Assembly (NCBI GenBank): GCA_030154265.1
Contig: JASKKH010000001.1
Location: 14,443-78,442 of the forward strand
Length of the DNA stretch: 64,000 nt
Source: Clostridia bacterium
GTDB lineage: Bacteria; Bacillota; DSM-521; Neomoorellales; Neomoorellaceae
Direction of reading: 5' to 3'
This document shows, in pieces, positions 30,386-39,749 of this stretch. How positions within the stretch are numbered: the first letter of the stretch is position 1; every line of letters begins with the position of its first letter. The notes below the pieces were generated by a model. That model ran no database searches. It worked only from the letters and a program-made list of their open reading frames with translations, and was not told the DNA's origin. Position numbers and translations under genes: made by a program.

Positions 30386-31339
30386 TTATTTAGGACTACC
30401 CGTACAACCCAGTAAAGCTATACCAATAGCATTATCAGAACTATGCTCAGGCTTTGCAAAACGAAGCTTAGCACCAACAGCCCTATGCTCTAAACGATGA
30501 CATAAACGTATTCGTATATAATTGTTGGCGGCAACCCCGCCAACAATTAAAACTTCCTTAATACCCGTTTCTTCAATCAATTTCCTTAATACCCTTTCAA
30601 GGGTCTTAGCAATACATTGCTCTACAGCCCTAGCTACATCCTCTTTAGAAACCTTTTCTTTAAGTAGTCTTTCAGCCTGACTTACCGGACCTGAAAAGCT
30701 AAAGTTATAACCCCTAACAGCTGAGGTAAGTCTTATACTATTATCTTTCCCAGATTTTTGAGCCAGTTTCTCAAGCTCGGGTCCAGCAGGAAAAGAAAGC
30801 CCCATAAGTACTCCTACTCGGTCTATCAGTTGCCCGGCATGAAGATCCAATGTCCCTCCCAGCTTTTTAATATTAAAACCTCCAGCTTTACTTTCCACTC
30901 GGAGAATTTCTGACGTTCCTCCCGATAGGTGAACTGCTAAAAAGGGTTTTCGGGGAAACCATCCTGATGACCATAATCCGGCCATTATATGCCCTTCTTG
31001 ATGGCTACTTTCTTGAAAAGGTACTTTAAAAGCTGAAGCTAAAACGCGAGCCTGTCCAGTTCCCACAGTAAAGACCGGCATATATGAACCCTCTATGGGA
31101 CGTGGTTTTACTGAAGCTACTACCTTTTTTATATGGTCAGCTGGAACTTTATCAAAAATACCTTTCAAAACTTCTGGTATCATTTGTACATGATGAAAAA
31201 CCGCCGTTGCTTGCTGTAAACCCCTTTCTCCCTGGGGTACCGGCAACAAACGGCGGTTGGCTATAATTAATTCACCTTTGGTACTAACCACGGCTGCAGA
31301 ACACGTATAGGCACTAGTATCTATCCCAAGTATCGCCAC
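30386..31339 (-). CDS. Kae1/TsaD-family (peptidase M22, ASKHA fold) protein
   Basis: 317 aa with ILGIDTSAY N-terminus, metal-site-like SHQEGHIMAG and C-terminal VGGVAAN. Confidence 0.6.
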   Translation of the reverse strand: MAILGIDTSAYTCSAAVVSTKGELIIANRRLLPVPQGERGLQQATAVFHHVQMIPEVLKGIFDKVPADHIKKVVASVKPRPIEGSYMPVFTVGTGQARVLASAFKVPFQESSHQEGHIMAGLWSSGWFPRKPFLAVHLSGGTSEILRVESKAGGFNIKKLGGTLDLHAGQLIDRVGVLMGLSFPAGPELEKLAQKSGKDNSIRLTSAVRGYNFSFSGPVSQAERLLKEKVSKEDVARAVEQCIAKTLERVLRKLIEETGIKEVLIVGGVAANNYIRIRLCHRLEHRAVGAKLRFAKPEHSSDNAIGIALLGCTGSPK

Positions 31340-31393
31340 TTTATAATTTCCTCCACAAAAATTCTTCTTCGGTTGTAAAAGCCTGTCCCAAAT

Positions 31394-31810
31394 TTACTCC
31401 TGCTTTTTGATTTCCATATCCTTTACGGCACTATCCAATATACCATTAATAAACTTCCCAGCTTCTTCATCATTAAATTCTTTTGCTAATTCGATAGCCT
31501 CATTAATTGTTACATTAATCGGTATGTCATCAATACTACTTATTTCGTATAGAGCCATCCTTAATATATTTCGATCAACAGAAGCCATACGCTCTAATCG
31601 CCAACCCGTTGAATATTTACTGATAAGTTCATCAAGTTTTTGCCGAGCAGCTACTGTTCCTAAAACTAACTGCTTAGCAAATTCTTTGGTTTGAGGAGAA
31701 AGTTTACTTTTATTTAAAAATTGTTCAATAGCCATTTCAGGTTCCATATCCCCAATATCAATGGCAAAAAGAACCTGAAGTGCTTTAGATCTAGCTGCCC
31801 GTCTACTCAA
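31394..31810 (-). CDS. nusB: Transcription antitermination factor NusB
   Basis: 138 aa NusB-type helical protein (RRAARSKALQVLFAID, VDRNILRMALYE). Confidence 0.9.
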   Translation of the reverse strand: MSRRAARSKALQVLFAIDIGDMEPEMAIEQFLNKSKLSPQTKEFAKQLVLGTVAARQKLDELISKYSTGWRLERMASVDRNILRMALYEISSIDDIPINVTINEAIELAKEFNDEEAGKFINGILDSAVKDMEIKKQE

Positions 31811-31825
31811 ATAAAAATTACCTCC

Positions 31826-32050
31826 TTACCACCGATCACGAAAGCGTTGCCAAAACTCCTCTATATCCTGGCCTTGATCGATTCGTTTACCAACAAAAAA
31901 GCCTAAGGCAACACATAAACTAATAAAAAGAGTTTTACCAAAACCTATGATTGCTGTCATAAGACCAAATATAAACCCTATACTTATCCCTATAAATTTT
32001 CCCCGGTGCTCTCTCCATAAATACCCCAACAATTCAATAATACTATCCAT
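31826..32050 (-). CDS. Small integral membrane protein (DUF2273-like) of the Asp23 cluster
   Basis: 74 aa with two TM helices, directly downstream of the amaP-like and asp23-like genes. Confidence 0.55.
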   Translation of the reverse strand: MDSIIELLGYLWREHRGKFIGISIGFIFGLMTAIIGFGKTLFISLCVALGFFVGKRIDQGQDIEEFWQRFRDRW

Positions 32051-32061
32051 GGTTATCTCCC

Positions 32062-32604
32062 CTATTCTACCCGACGCAAACCTTCCTGATAAATACCAGT
32101 TACTCTTACCTTTATTTCTGATACTTTTAAACCCGCAGTGGTAACTATGTATTCATAAACCCTTTCCTGTAAGGACTTTGTCAATTCCGGTAGATTTTGA
32201 TCAGGGTTAACAACTATACTTAATTTTATCACCAATCCATCAGGTTCATATTTTAATCCTGGACGTACTTCCCTAACTCCTTTAACCTGGCGAGCCGCCC
32301 GAGATACCATGTTTTCCAGGGCTGGCATTGTAATACTAACAGCCCCAAGATCAGCCAAACTAATAATCGCCTGCTTGCTTTGATTTGAACTTGTTTTTAA
32401 ACTAATTACTAAAAAGCGAAAAGCTACTAATATTAAAATACCTAAAATTACTCCATAAGCCAGACGATAATCCATGATTAAAAGGCTTGATTTGAAAAAA
32501 GTAAAGGGAACCATCCACCCTAACACAACAGTAAGAAGTGCCCCTGCCAATAAAACAGTAGAGAAAGCAAAAAAGGCCAATAAGGCCCTATCAGTTACTG
32601 ACAT
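32062..32604 (-). CDS. amaP: Alkaline shock response membrane anchor protein AmaP-like
   Basis: 180 aa with two N-terminal TM helices and an Asp23-like soluble part. Follows asp23. Confidence 0.6.
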   Translation of the reverse strand: MSVTDRALLAFFAFSTVLLAGALLTVVLGWMVPFTFFKSSLLIMDYRLAYGVILGILILVAFRFLVISLKTSSNQSKQAIISLADLGAVSITMPALENMVSRAARQVKGVREVRPGLKYEPDGLVIKLSIVVNPDQNLPELTKSLQERVYEYIVTTAGLKVSEIKVRVTGIYQEGLRRVE

Positions 32605-32618
32605 CTTATCAAAGCCTC

Positions 32619-33029
32619 CTAGCGTACCCGGCTTACTTCTTCTCCTTTTTCTTCCTCTGGAAAGACTACGCCTTGAATATGCACATTAACTTCAACAACA
32701 TTAAGTCCAGTCATTCCCTCAACAGCTTTTTTAACATTTTCTTGAACTTTAATAGCAATCTCGGGAATACGTACACCAAAGTCAACTACTATAAATAAAT
32801 CAACGGCGGCTTCTTTTTCACCTACTTCTACCTTGACACCCTTTGATAAATTTTTCCTTCCTAAAAGATCTGCTATACCACCAGCAATGCCGCCACTCAT
32901 ACCAGCTACCCCTTCAACCTCAGTAGCTGCAAGACCGCTAATTATAGCTACAACTTCATTTGCAATTTTTATTGTGCCCAAATCAGTTTGAGACTGCTGT
33001 TGTTCAAAGTTATTCTCCATTAATCCCAC
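32619..33029 (-). CDS. Asp23/Gls24 family envelope stress protein
   Basis: 136 aa with IANEVVAIISGLAATEVEGVAGM and VEVNVHIQGV motifs typical of Asp23. Confidence 0.85.
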   Translation of the reverse strand: MGLMENNFEQQQSQTDLGTIKIANEVVAIISGLAATEVEGVAGMSGGIAGGIADLLGRKNLSKGVKVEVGEKEAAVDLFIVVDFGVRIPEIAIKVQENVKKAVEGMTGLNVVEVNVHIQGVVFPEEEKGEEVSRVR

Positions 33030-33159
33030 CCCCGCTTATTTGCTATATTATACCAAATTCCACCATACATAACAAGTATATTAAAAGACTCAGAAAGCTT
33101 ATATACTCTATTTTTCCCTTATTTTTAGGAAAATAGTAACAATATCTTTTAATTCTTAT

Positions 33160-34068
33160 TTATTTTTGTAAATATCTACGAGCTCCTAAATATCCCTTTA
33201 CAAAAATTGGCTCATTCAAGTGACTGATAACCACTCCCATACGAGAACGAGAATTAATAAAGTATCCATTTTTTAAATAAATACCAACATGAGTCGGTAC
33301 TGAATCAAATCCATCGGTATTAAAGAATACTAAATCGCCCGGCTCTAAGTCTCTTTTTTCGACCTCTTGACCAACCTCAAACTGCTGGTCAGCATCTCTT
33401 GGTAACTTGATACCATTTAAAAAGTATGAAACATATACCAATCCTGAACAATCAATACCATAACGACTGACACCACCCCAAAGATAATGTACTCCCCTTA
33501 AACGGTTAGCAACATTAATCACATCTTCTCCACTGCGTGGTGTGTCAGGTACTTTACCATCAGGCCAAAGTTCAGCATCTTTTTTCAAAACCCAAACACT
33601 TCCTTGTCCAGGAACCCATACTTTAAACCATTTATTATTTTCATCTAAATATGGTACATCAGTACCAAGTAAAGCTTCGCCAATTACTTTTAGACCAGGG
33701 TCCTGATATAGTTTAGTACTTGGAGCAGTAATAGCAACTATATCTTCATATTTAGGTGGGATAGTTTTAACTATGGTATCTTTTTTAATCCATCCTATAT
33801 AACCATCAGGTACCTCAGCCTGTACCCAATCATTCTCGTCCTCAATTATTCTTATCTCATCACCCAATAATGCCTGAGTTACCAATTCTTCCTGTTCACT
33901 AGGGTAAGCACGAACATCTGCAACAGACACTTTAACATAGTAAGAAGCTATAGAAACGGCAGGTTTCTCAAAAGGTTCTCTAATTTGTGGCGGTATTCTC
34001 CTAGCTCCCTTGCTCATAAAACACCCCCCCAACATAATCAGAATAATAATAGGTAGTATAAAAAACAC
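33160..34068 (-). CDS. NlpC/P60 (C40) cell-wall peptidase lipoprotein with SH3b-like repeats
   Basis: 302 aa with lipobox LGGC, SH3-like segments (VRAYPS...GWIKKD, WFKVWVPG) and a catalytic domain (YGIDCSGLVY, PTHVGIY). Confidence 0.82.
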   Translation of the reverse strand: MFFILPIIILIMLGGCFMSKGARRIPPQIREPFEKPAVSIASYYVKVSVADVRAYPSEQEELVTQALLGDEIRIIEDENDWVQAEVPDGYIGWIKKDTIVKTIPPKYEDIVAITAPSTKLYQDPGLKVIGEALLGTDVPYLDENNKWFKVWVPGQGSVWVLKKDAELWPDGKVPDTPRSGEDVINVANRLRGVHYLWGGVSRYGIDCSGLVYVSYFLNGIKLPRDADQQFEVGQEVEKRDLEPGDLVFFNTDGFDSVPTHVGIYLKNGYFINSRSRMGVVISHLNEPIFVKGYLGARRYLQK

Positions 34069-34201
34069 ATATTTTCTATGTTGTAAAATTTACAGAGCCT
34101 CCTTTCTTTGAAATTGATATATTATTATCTTTTATTATTGATAGCTGTATTTTAGTTAAGTATTCTCTTGAAATACTGGAAATATAGAATTATTCATAAA
34201 T

Positions 34202-34232
34202 AAAAAAGGTTGGGAGGTTTTTTCCTTCCAAC
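34202..34232 (-). terminator. Intrinsic terminator after the GatB/YqeY-domain gene
   Basis: Minus strand reads ggttggaagg-aaaaaa-cctcccaacc followed by tttttt. Confidence 0.7.
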
Positions 34233-34266
34233 CACTTGATAGCCGATTTCATATTTGTTTTAAGTT

Positions 34267-34704
34267 TTAAGATAACATTTCTTTAACAAGTTTATTTGCT
34301 AATTTTCCATCTGCCTTACCGCGAATTTTAGGCATTAAAGCACCCATAACTTTACCCATTTCTTTATTTGATTCAGCCCCCACTTCATTTATGGTTTCCT
34401 CAATAACAGACCTTAGTTCATCTTCTGTTAGTTGCTTGGGTAGATAACCTTCTAAGATCTCTAGTTCTCTTTTGGTTTGGTCGGCTAAATCATCTCTTCC
34501 ACCCTTTGTAAATTGTTCTAATGAATCTTTACGCATCTTGGTTTCTCGTTGTATTACTTGCAAAATCTCTTCATCAGAAAGACTCTTTTGTTTATTTATC
34601 TCTTCATTTTTAATACTTGATAATACCATTCTTAGAGTCTGTAGTTTAATCTTATCCTTATTTTTAAGAGCTTCTTTCATATCTTTAGTTATTTTATCCT
34701 TCAT
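34267..34704 (-). CDS. GatB/YqeY domain protein
   Basis: 145 aa with the typical MKEALKNKDK...LRMVLSSIKNEEI...EILEGYLP pattern. Confidence 0.85.
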   Translation of the reverse strand: MKDKITKDMKEALKNKDKIKLQTLRMVLSSIKNEEINKQKSLSDEEILQVIQRETKMRKDSLEQFTKGGRDDLADQTKRELEILEGYLPKQLTEDELRSVIEETINEVGAESNKEMGKVMGALMPKIRGKADGKLANKLVKEMLS

Positions 34705-34737
34705 TTTATAAGAACCCCCTCAGTAAATTATTAACTT

Positions 34738-34953
34738 TTATATGGTAAACCTTACTTTTAAAACGGTCAATACAGTATTGCCATAATTGTTAAATATTAA
34801 ACACTCCAATGGCCAGGATTTTTTATGCCCATACATAACACCGCTAATTGAGGCAGGTACGCTTTCACGTACCATGTCCTCAATATACACGTGATTGGCC
34901 TCTCCTGGCAGGAGAGTACCATACACAAACACAGGAAGTAAACGAGTATCCAT
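34738..34953 (-). pseudogene. Truncated gamma-glutamylcyclotransferase (AIG2/GGACT-like) remnant
   Basis: The N-terminal 50 aa fit the family (VFVYGTLLPGEANH...G.MYG). The remainder is short and does not fit: 71 aa against the roughly 110-130 aa I recall for the family. Confidence 0.4.
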
Positions 34954-35329
34954 GCTTGTCCCCCCTCCTTAGCTAAAACATTATTTAAAAAAGATCCTTC
35001 ATCAGAAAAGCTTCAGAAAATTATTAATCAATAGCCAATAATAAAAACGGTCATAGACCGCCAGACCGCTTTTATCTATCTCCCATAAATGTCTCAAACA
35101 ACATACCACAAATTGACCCCTCTCCTTTATCTCTACCTTCTCCTTGAGGGGCTGTTGAATTTGTTCCAATATTTTTTCATCTATTGTAAATATCAATTAA
35201 ATATTAGGCCATTTGCTATTCTGCCGGGCAGCCGCTGGAACTCTGTGCTTCTGGCCGAGAGAATACATAGTCATGTAAATAAGGGAAAAGCTATTATTAC
35301 TTCTCTTTTCCCGAGGGGGATAGACCTAC

Positions 35330-35491
35330 ATGCTCTTTAAAGACCGCCACGATGCCGGTTGTCGTCTGACCAAGGCCCTAGAGGCCTACCGGGGCCGGCA
35401 ACCCCTGGTACTGGCCAATCTTCAAACCTTTATCGAGCGAGAAGTGGCGGAAATCAAACGGCGGCCCTTTACGCTCTATCTGCATATATAA
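35330..35491 (+). pseudogene. Internally deleted phosphoribosyltransferase-like remnant (53 codons)
   Basis: MLFKDRHDAGCRLTKALEAYRGRQPLVLA resembles the N-terminus of the 'putative phosphoribosyl transferase' family. It then jumps to a C-terminal-like tail (EREVAEIKRR). GC-rich relative to surroundings. Confidence 0.35.
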
Positions 35492-35510
35492 GACCTCACT
35501 TCCAGCCAAC

Positions 35511-35542
35511 CTTTACCCTATACTTCCTTTACCCTATACTTC
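35511..35542. repeat. Perfect 16-bp tandem duplication at the 3' end of the cas6 remnant
   Basis: ctttaccctatacttc at 35511-35526 and again at 35527-35542. The length is not a multiple of 3, and the duplication creates the present stop codon. Confidence 0.95.
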
Positions 35543-35907
35543 CCCATCCCAAAAGTAACGGCTTTACCAACGTGCGTCCATTGTCCAATTATTAATAACG
35601 GCCATAACTCTGCCAGTTCCCCTTGATAGGTCACCTTTCCCACCACACCCCCAAGCTTCATCCTGGTATCCTGACGAGATGAATAGCGTTCCCAGTCTAC
35701 CCACCTGGTATCTTGAAAAACCGTTTTGACTTGCTCTGCCCGTTTGATTTCCTCCTGAAAATCTCCTTCCGGTTTAATACCATGGTGAATGAAAGCACTG
35801 CCAAACCCTCCCCGTAGAGTAGAACCTTTGTATAGAGGTAAGTTTAATCCTTTTTCACCTGCTTCCAGTGTTACCTCATACTTAGCTACTTGAAATTCTG
35901 AAAACAT
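35518..35907 (-). pseudogene. cas6: Orphan, internally deleted Cas6 (RAMP endoribonuclease) remnant
   Basis: 129 aa. The N-terminus has LPLYKGSTLRGGFGSAF and the C-terminus has RYSSRQDTRMKLGGVVGKV...HVGKAVTFGMGKY (glycine-rich loop). The middle of a normal roughly 250-aa Cas6 is missing. No CRISPR array or other cas genes are in the window. Confidence 0.55.
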
Positions 35908-36089
35908 TTGTACCAGTCCCCTTTTAATGGGTCTTTTTCCATTATTACCTATTCGTCATTCATATAACAAATTCCTGTTATTAACTTTTTTAACACTTCT
36001 TCAAAAATATTAAAAAGGGGCTTCCCAAAAGTCTTTTTCCGAAATTTTTTAACCCCACTTTTACATTGAAATCGCGTCATAAATAGTTA

Positions 36090-36118
36090 ATCCCGTACCA
36101 CTTGTAGTGATACGGGAT
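36090..36118 (-). terminator. Hairpin after the spoIIIA operon
   Basis: atcccgta-c-cact-tgt-agtg-a-tacgggat (12 bp in total), about 25 nt after the spoIIIAH stop. The tail is only moderately T-rich. Confidence 0.45.
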
Positions 36119-36141
36119 ACTTTGGGATAACCCCTCTATAA

Positions 36142-36735
36142 CTATTTTTTATGTATCATACTGATTTGTTCTCTTGGACGTCCTGTGGCACGATATACTA
36201 AGTCACCAATTATATTAGCATCTTCATTGTCAAATTTATCTGCCATGACAATAACATTTACAGCCTTAGGCTGGATGAAAACAGCCGCATCTTTATAACC
36301 TTTGGCGACTATTAACTTTTCCAGCTGCATCTCTAAATCCATCTGCTGAGTAAGTTCTACTAACCTTTTTTCTGCTTCTTTTCGACTCTCACCACTAGAG
36401 TTGGGGCTATCAACAATCTGTTTTAATAAGTCTATTTGTTGACTGCGTTGACGATCACGTTCCAGGCGATATTCTATAAAAAAAGAAGTGCCACCTTCAG
36501 CTTTGTTACTAGCCTCTTGAAGGATATCTTCTGCCTTAGGATCTAATTCCGAGTTTACTTTTGTAGCACCAAGTACTTCATCTAACTCATGTACCTGTTG
36601 AATTGGCCGCTCTGAAGGATTAATTACTCCCGCTTGTTTCATACCCTGTTTTTCTCCTTGAACGAGATAAGCCAGGATACCAAATACTAACACCAAAGAT
36701 ATTAGCAACCGCCCTTTATTGCTAATTGTAGGCAT
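36142..36735 (-). CDS. spoIIIAH: Stage III sporulation protein AH
   Basis: Last gene of the spoIIIA operon. N-terminal TM plus YscJ/FliF-like C-terminus. Start placed at MPTISNK (ATG 36735, GGGAGGAAG Shine-Dalgarno). The ORF extends to 36783. Confidence 0.8.
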   Translation of the reverse strand: MPTISNKGRLLISLVLVFGILAYLVQGEKQGMKQAGVINPSERPIQQVHELDEVLGATKVNSELDPKAEDILQEASNKAEGGTSFFIEYRLERDRQRSQQIDLLKQIVDSPNSSGESRKEAEKRLVELTQQMDLEMQLEKLIVAKGYKDAAVFIQPKAVNVIVMADKFDNEDANIIGDLVYRATGRPREQISMIHKK

Positions 36736-36779
36736 ATCACTCTTCCTCCCAACCCTCGGTAATTTAATTATAATAAATT

Positions 36780-37403
36780 TCATCGGTTATTACTTCCTTC
36801 TATTTCCATTGGTAACACCCTTATTTGATGAAGCGCTAAACCCCATAATGTTCCCACTGCCTGACTAAGACGGGCTCTAACCAATGCATCATTTGCTCCT
36901 TCAGCCACAACAACCACCCCCATTATCTCAGGGTGCAACTCCCGTTCTACAACGGGTACCTCACCAGCTCCCACATTCCCACTTCTAGCCATAACTAATT
37001 GAGCATCAGTATCGATATCAGTTGTTATGCGAGTACCGCCACTTTGATCATTTTCCTCTACATTGTGGCGAGTAGTTCTTTCATTAGTTGCAAATTCTTT
37101 TAAGGGACTGGCTTTTAATGATACTCTTACTGAAACCTTACCGGCACCACTGATTTTTTCTAGAATACCCTGAAGTTGTGCTTCCATTTCCCTGGCCGTT
37201 GCCATTAAATCTGTTTCCTGTCCGCTCCTAATGGTAGGATTAACCGACTGTGCCGAAAGCTGCCCTACATGGCTTTGATTATCTTTGCTAAAATTACCTA
37301 AACTAATTAGCAGGCTGCCAATTATGACTGCGGCTAAAGCTAGCCATAAATACCCGGGGGGTTGCTTTGGTAATTTAAACCCGGGCCAGTTATTTTGACT
37401 CAT
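36780..37403 (-). CDS. spoIIIAG: Stage III sporulation protein AG
   Basis: N-terminal TM plus a ring-forming soluble domain. Start at MSQNNW (ATG 37403, GGAGGTGG Shine-Dalgarno). The ORF extends to 37418. Confidence 0.8.
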   Translation of the reverse strand: MSQNNWPGFKLPKQPPGYLWLALAAVIIGSLLISLGNFSKDNQSHVGQLSAQSVNPTIRSGQETDLMATAREMEAQLQGILEKISGAGKVSVRVSLKASPLKEFATNERTTRHNVEENDQSGGTRITTDIDTDAQLVMARSGNVGAGEVPVVERELHPEIMGVVVVAEGANDALVRARLSQAVGTLWGLALHQIRVLPMEIEGSNNR

Positions 37404-38073
37404 CCCCACCACCTCCACTTGATTTATCAGTCATAATATTAGGTAAAACCTGAACTTCAACTTGTTGAAAATCCAGGCCATAAAAATGGGTGATTATATC
37501 ACTAACTCGTTTTTCCGTTTCTTTAATGTCTATTTTTACGGGTTCAGTTTCTTCAGAAGAGGGTATTTCTTCTAAGCTTTGTTCATTGTTATTATTAATT
37601 TCTATTCCGTCAACTTGGACTGAGGAAGGTAACTGTTTTGTATTAGCTGTTACTACAACCCTTTTAACAGCTCCCAGGTAACCTTGTTTTTCATTAATGT
37701 CCACCAATACTTCTGCTGATTCAATACCTGGTACTAACGTAACCAGGGATTTTATTTGACCTGCTAAACGTTCCTTATATACGTTTATAGCCTCTGCTTC
37801 AGTTTCTTCTGCCATCTCTTTACCTGTCTCTATAGGAGCTGCCCTAACTGGATTTAAGCGCAAATCCCAGGCAGCAACATCTAATTCAGGCCCTATACGT
37901 AAGTCCTCAACTACGGGAGTTATAATTGCTACTACTACAAATAGTCCTAAAACAAGGCGTACATAATGAGTAATTTTCTTTCCTGGTAAAAGCATTTCTA
38001 AAAATGCTGCCAGTAAAGTTATTAACGCTACCTGGCGAACAACTTCACCAATTTTTACTAACAAACAATTCAC
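37390..38073 (-). CDS. spoIIIAF: Stage III sporulation protein AF
   Basis: 227 aa with two N-terminal TM helices. Assigned by operon position. GTG start abutting the spoIIIAE stop. Confidence 0.78.
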   Translation of the reverse strand: MNCLLVKIGEVVRQVALITLLAAFLEMLLPGKKITHYVRLVLGLFVVVAIITPVVEDLRIGPELDVAAWDLRLNPVRAAPIETGKEMAEETEAEAINVYKERLAGQIKSLVTLVPGIESAEVLVDINEKQGYLGAVKRVVVTANTKQLPSSVQVDGIEINNNNEQSLEEIPSSEETEPVKIDIKETEKRVSDIITHFYGLDFQQVEVQVLPNIMTDKSSGGGGDESK

Positions 38074-39315
38074 CTACCCCCTTAATGCCACCGTCATATT
38101 ACCCAGAACAACAATAACTGCTATAGCCAAGAAAAATATTAATCCCGTTACCGCTACACAAGCAAACACCATAGTCAGTGCCCCACTAATACCATCAAGA
38201 CTATCAGCTAACTGATCCTCACCAAATGGTTGGACAACAGCAGCTGCCACTTTATAGACCATCATTAAAGCAAAAATTTTAAGCATTGGAAAAGCTGCCA
38301 GGAAAAATATAATGATAACACCTACTAAACTTACGGCACTTTTTAATAACAAGGTAGTTCCTGCAATGGTTTTTACAGCCTCGGATAACATACCGCCAAC
38401 AACGGGTAATAGAGCATCAGTTGCAAACTCAATTGCTCTCAAGCCAACTCCATCGGCAACCGAGCCTGCAATTCCGTATATGGATAACACCCCACCAAAA
38501 ACAGTCATTATCAGACCCAGACCCAACATAGCGGCTTGCTTTAATAAACCAGCCAATTTTGACACTTGAAAACGATCTGATATATGACTAACAACAGTTA
38601 AAATAGCTGTTAAATACAAAAGAGGAAAAAGGACATTATGCATAAGGGTACCAATAATAGTTACAGCATAAATTAATACCGGTTGCAGTAAAGTAGAGGT
38701 TGTCACCCCACCAGTTGCAGCCAATAAGGTAATCATTGCCGGTAAAATAGATTGGAAAAATGACACCATTTGGTCAATGGCCTCACCACCAGTGCGAACA
38801 GCAACTGTAAATGAAGTTAAAGCCAGGGTAATCAAGGCTAAAAAGGCAATACCTCGAGCCAAGGTACCAATACTGCCCTCACTAAAAGCAGATTGCAGGT
38901 TTTGTAGTACTGCACATGCTACTGCCAAAATAATAAGCTGTCCCAAAAGAGCACCGCTAACCATAATCTCATGAAATAGAAATTTTAATAGACCTCTACC
39001 GGCTGCACCTGGGTCTAAGGGGAGCTTCCCTTGGCGAACATTATCTAAAACCTGCTGAAAACTAATTTTGGGTAAGTATTGTCCAACCTCTTGATCTAAA
39101 TGGTTAAGATAAGTATTTATCCCATCCAAATTAATTTTCTCCAACTGCCGTTGTAACTGCTCATCAATATTAATTACCGCTTTAGCTTTAGCTTCACCAT
39201 CTCCCATGGAAGGATAATAAGCCAATGCTGGTGATAAAAGCATAATAAAGGTAAAAAGTAAAACAACAACAATTAAGATGACTTTTAAACTGACTATCCG
39301 TTGTGCCATATTCAT
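38074..39315 (-). CDS. spoIIIAE: Stage III sporulation protein AE
   Basis: 413 aa polytopic membrane protein with signal-like N-terminus. Assigned by operon position. Confidence 0.85.
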   Translation of the reverse strand: MNMAQRIVSLKVILIVVVLLFTFIMLLSPALAYYPSMGDGEAKAKAVINIDEQLQRQLEKINLDGINTYLNHLDQEVGQYLPKISFQQVLDNVRQGKLPLDPGAAGRGLLKFLFHEIMVSGALLGQLIILAVACAVLQNLQSAFSEGSIGTLARGIAFLALITLALTSFTVAVRTGGEAIDQMVSFFQSILPAMITLLAATGGVTTSTLLQPVLIYAVTIIGTLMHNVLFPLLYLTAILTVVSHISDRFQVSKLAGLLKQAAMLGLGLIMTVFGGVLSIYGIAGSVADGVGLRAIEFATDALLPVVGGMLSEAVKTIAGTTLLLKSAVSLVGVIIIFFLAAFPMLKIFALMMVYKVAAAVVQPFGEDQLADSLDGISGALTMVFACVAVTGLIFFLAIAVIVVLGNMTVALRG

Positions 39316-39346
39316 AGGTTCACAACCTTATCAACTATTAAAGTAT

Positions 39347-39736
39347 TTATGGTAAAAGGCGAATGATTGTTTCCAAAATAGCAACAATAATAGGAATAGC
39401 TAGAACCATTATGATGACCTTGGCTGCCAGTTCAACCTTACTGGCAATAGCACTTTCTCCTGCATCCCGGCAGACCTGACTTCCGAATTCCGACACATAG
39501 GCGATTCCAATAATTTTTAAAACTGTACTTAAGTAAAATTGATTTATACCAGCTCGTTCTGACAAGTCAGTTAAAACCTTAACCACTGTACCTACACGAT
39601 CTAAAAGGAGAAGAAAAATAGTTACTCCAACTACCACACTAATCATTAAGGCTGTATCAGCGCCGCGAGTCTGTCGAACCAAAATAATAATCAACGTTGC
39701 TGTTAGGGCCAATCCAACAACCTGGAAAATTTCCAT
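39347..39736 (-). CDS. spoIIIAD: Stage III sporulation protein AD
   Basis: About 129 aa from MEIFQVVGLAL, 4 TM helices. Assigned by operon position. Confidence 0.82.
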   Translation of the reverse strand: MEIFQVVGLALTATLIIILVRQTRGADTALMISVVVGVTIFLLLLDRVGTVVKVLTDLSERAGINQFYLSTVLKIIGIAYVSEFGSQVCRDAGESAIASKVELAAKVIIMVLAIPIIVAILETIIRLLP

Positions 39737-39749
39737 CCTGGCACCCCTT

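Noticed and set aside
29031-35542. Tandem repeats at 29031-29090 and 35511-35542, considered as CRISPR array remnants given the nearby cas6 fragment
   Set aside because: Each consists of only two directly abutting copies with no spacers. The repeat lengths and sequences are unrelated to each other. No repeat-spacer periodicity exists anywhere in the window.
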